Of a DNA stretch of 64,000 nt, positions 63,590-64,000 are shown piece after piece; the first letter of the stretch is position 1, and every line of letters begins with the position of its first letter. The translations under genes and the position numbers were made by a program. The notes beneath the pieces are model-generated. The model was not told the origin of the DNA, ran no database searches, and worked only from the letters and a program-made list of their open reading frames with translations. Location: positions 90,830,001 through 90,894,000 of the forward strand of contig NC_043003.1 of assembly GCF_006345805.1 (NCBI RefSeq). Reading direction: 5' to 3'. Source of the stretch: Octopus sinensis. Taxonomy: Eukaryota.

Positions 63590-63888
63590 TACATGGAACA
63601 AATAGGGGTTGCAATAAGGGTGGAGCACTTGCAGAAAACAGCACTGCTTGGAACCGCTTGAATACTTTTGATGGTGTTCAAAAAATAATGGGTGTTACCT
63701 AAGTTCACTGGTAGTGTGCAGCTGACACTGTAGTACATCTCCAGCATTAGAAGCTGTGCAAAGATAATAAAATAATATTTTTCTGGAAATATGGATAGTT
63801 TATCCTGTTCATGCTATATTAGTAGCATTATCCTGTGTTTGAGAATAAAAAATTATTTCCTTATCCGTATATTTCAATAATAATAATA
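63590..63888 (+). mobile_element. 3' end of a second R4/Dong-like family embedded in (TAA)n
   Basis: IGVAIRVEHLQKTALLGTA*ILLMVF; (AAT)n flanks. Confidence 0.65.
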
Positions 63889-64000
63889 GTTTCAAATTTT
63901 GGCACAAGGCCAGCAATTTCGGGGAAAAGACTAAGTCAATTAAATCAACCCTAGTCTGCAACTGGTACTTATTTTATTGACCCCCAAAAGGATGAATGAC

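Overview
AT-rich, microsatellite-dense eukaryotic DNA. The SINE families look to me like those of an Octopus-type cephalopod, but that is recognition from memory, not a database hit. Host genes: three consecutive minus-strand exons (53954-54080, 50402-50487, 49319-49419) with canonical splice sites and matching phases encode the C-terminal LIM region of an ALP/PDLIM1-3-4-type PDZ-LIM protein. A probable single-exon orphan gene at 13557-13865 (+) encodes a small single-pass membrane protein. The rest is mostly decayed mobile DNA: RTE LINEs (one with a PHD finger), an internally deleted Ty3/gypsy element, Tigger/pogo, mariner, Tc1, a CRE-like RLE LINE, R4/Dong-like 3' ends in (TAA)n, several MITEs, dozens of SINEs and several Penelope-like elements (PLEs). 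The most notable signal is a set of type I hammerhead ribozyme (HHR) motifs in at least four distinct repeat families, most sitting in fold-back (inverted) structures. One HHR is intact (11149-11222), one pair carries a shared CUGUNGA core variant, and one sits in the loop of a ~98% identical 173-bp hairpin. There is also a perfect 171-bp hairpin made from a PLE reverse transcriptase fragment. All alignments, translations and folds were done by eye.
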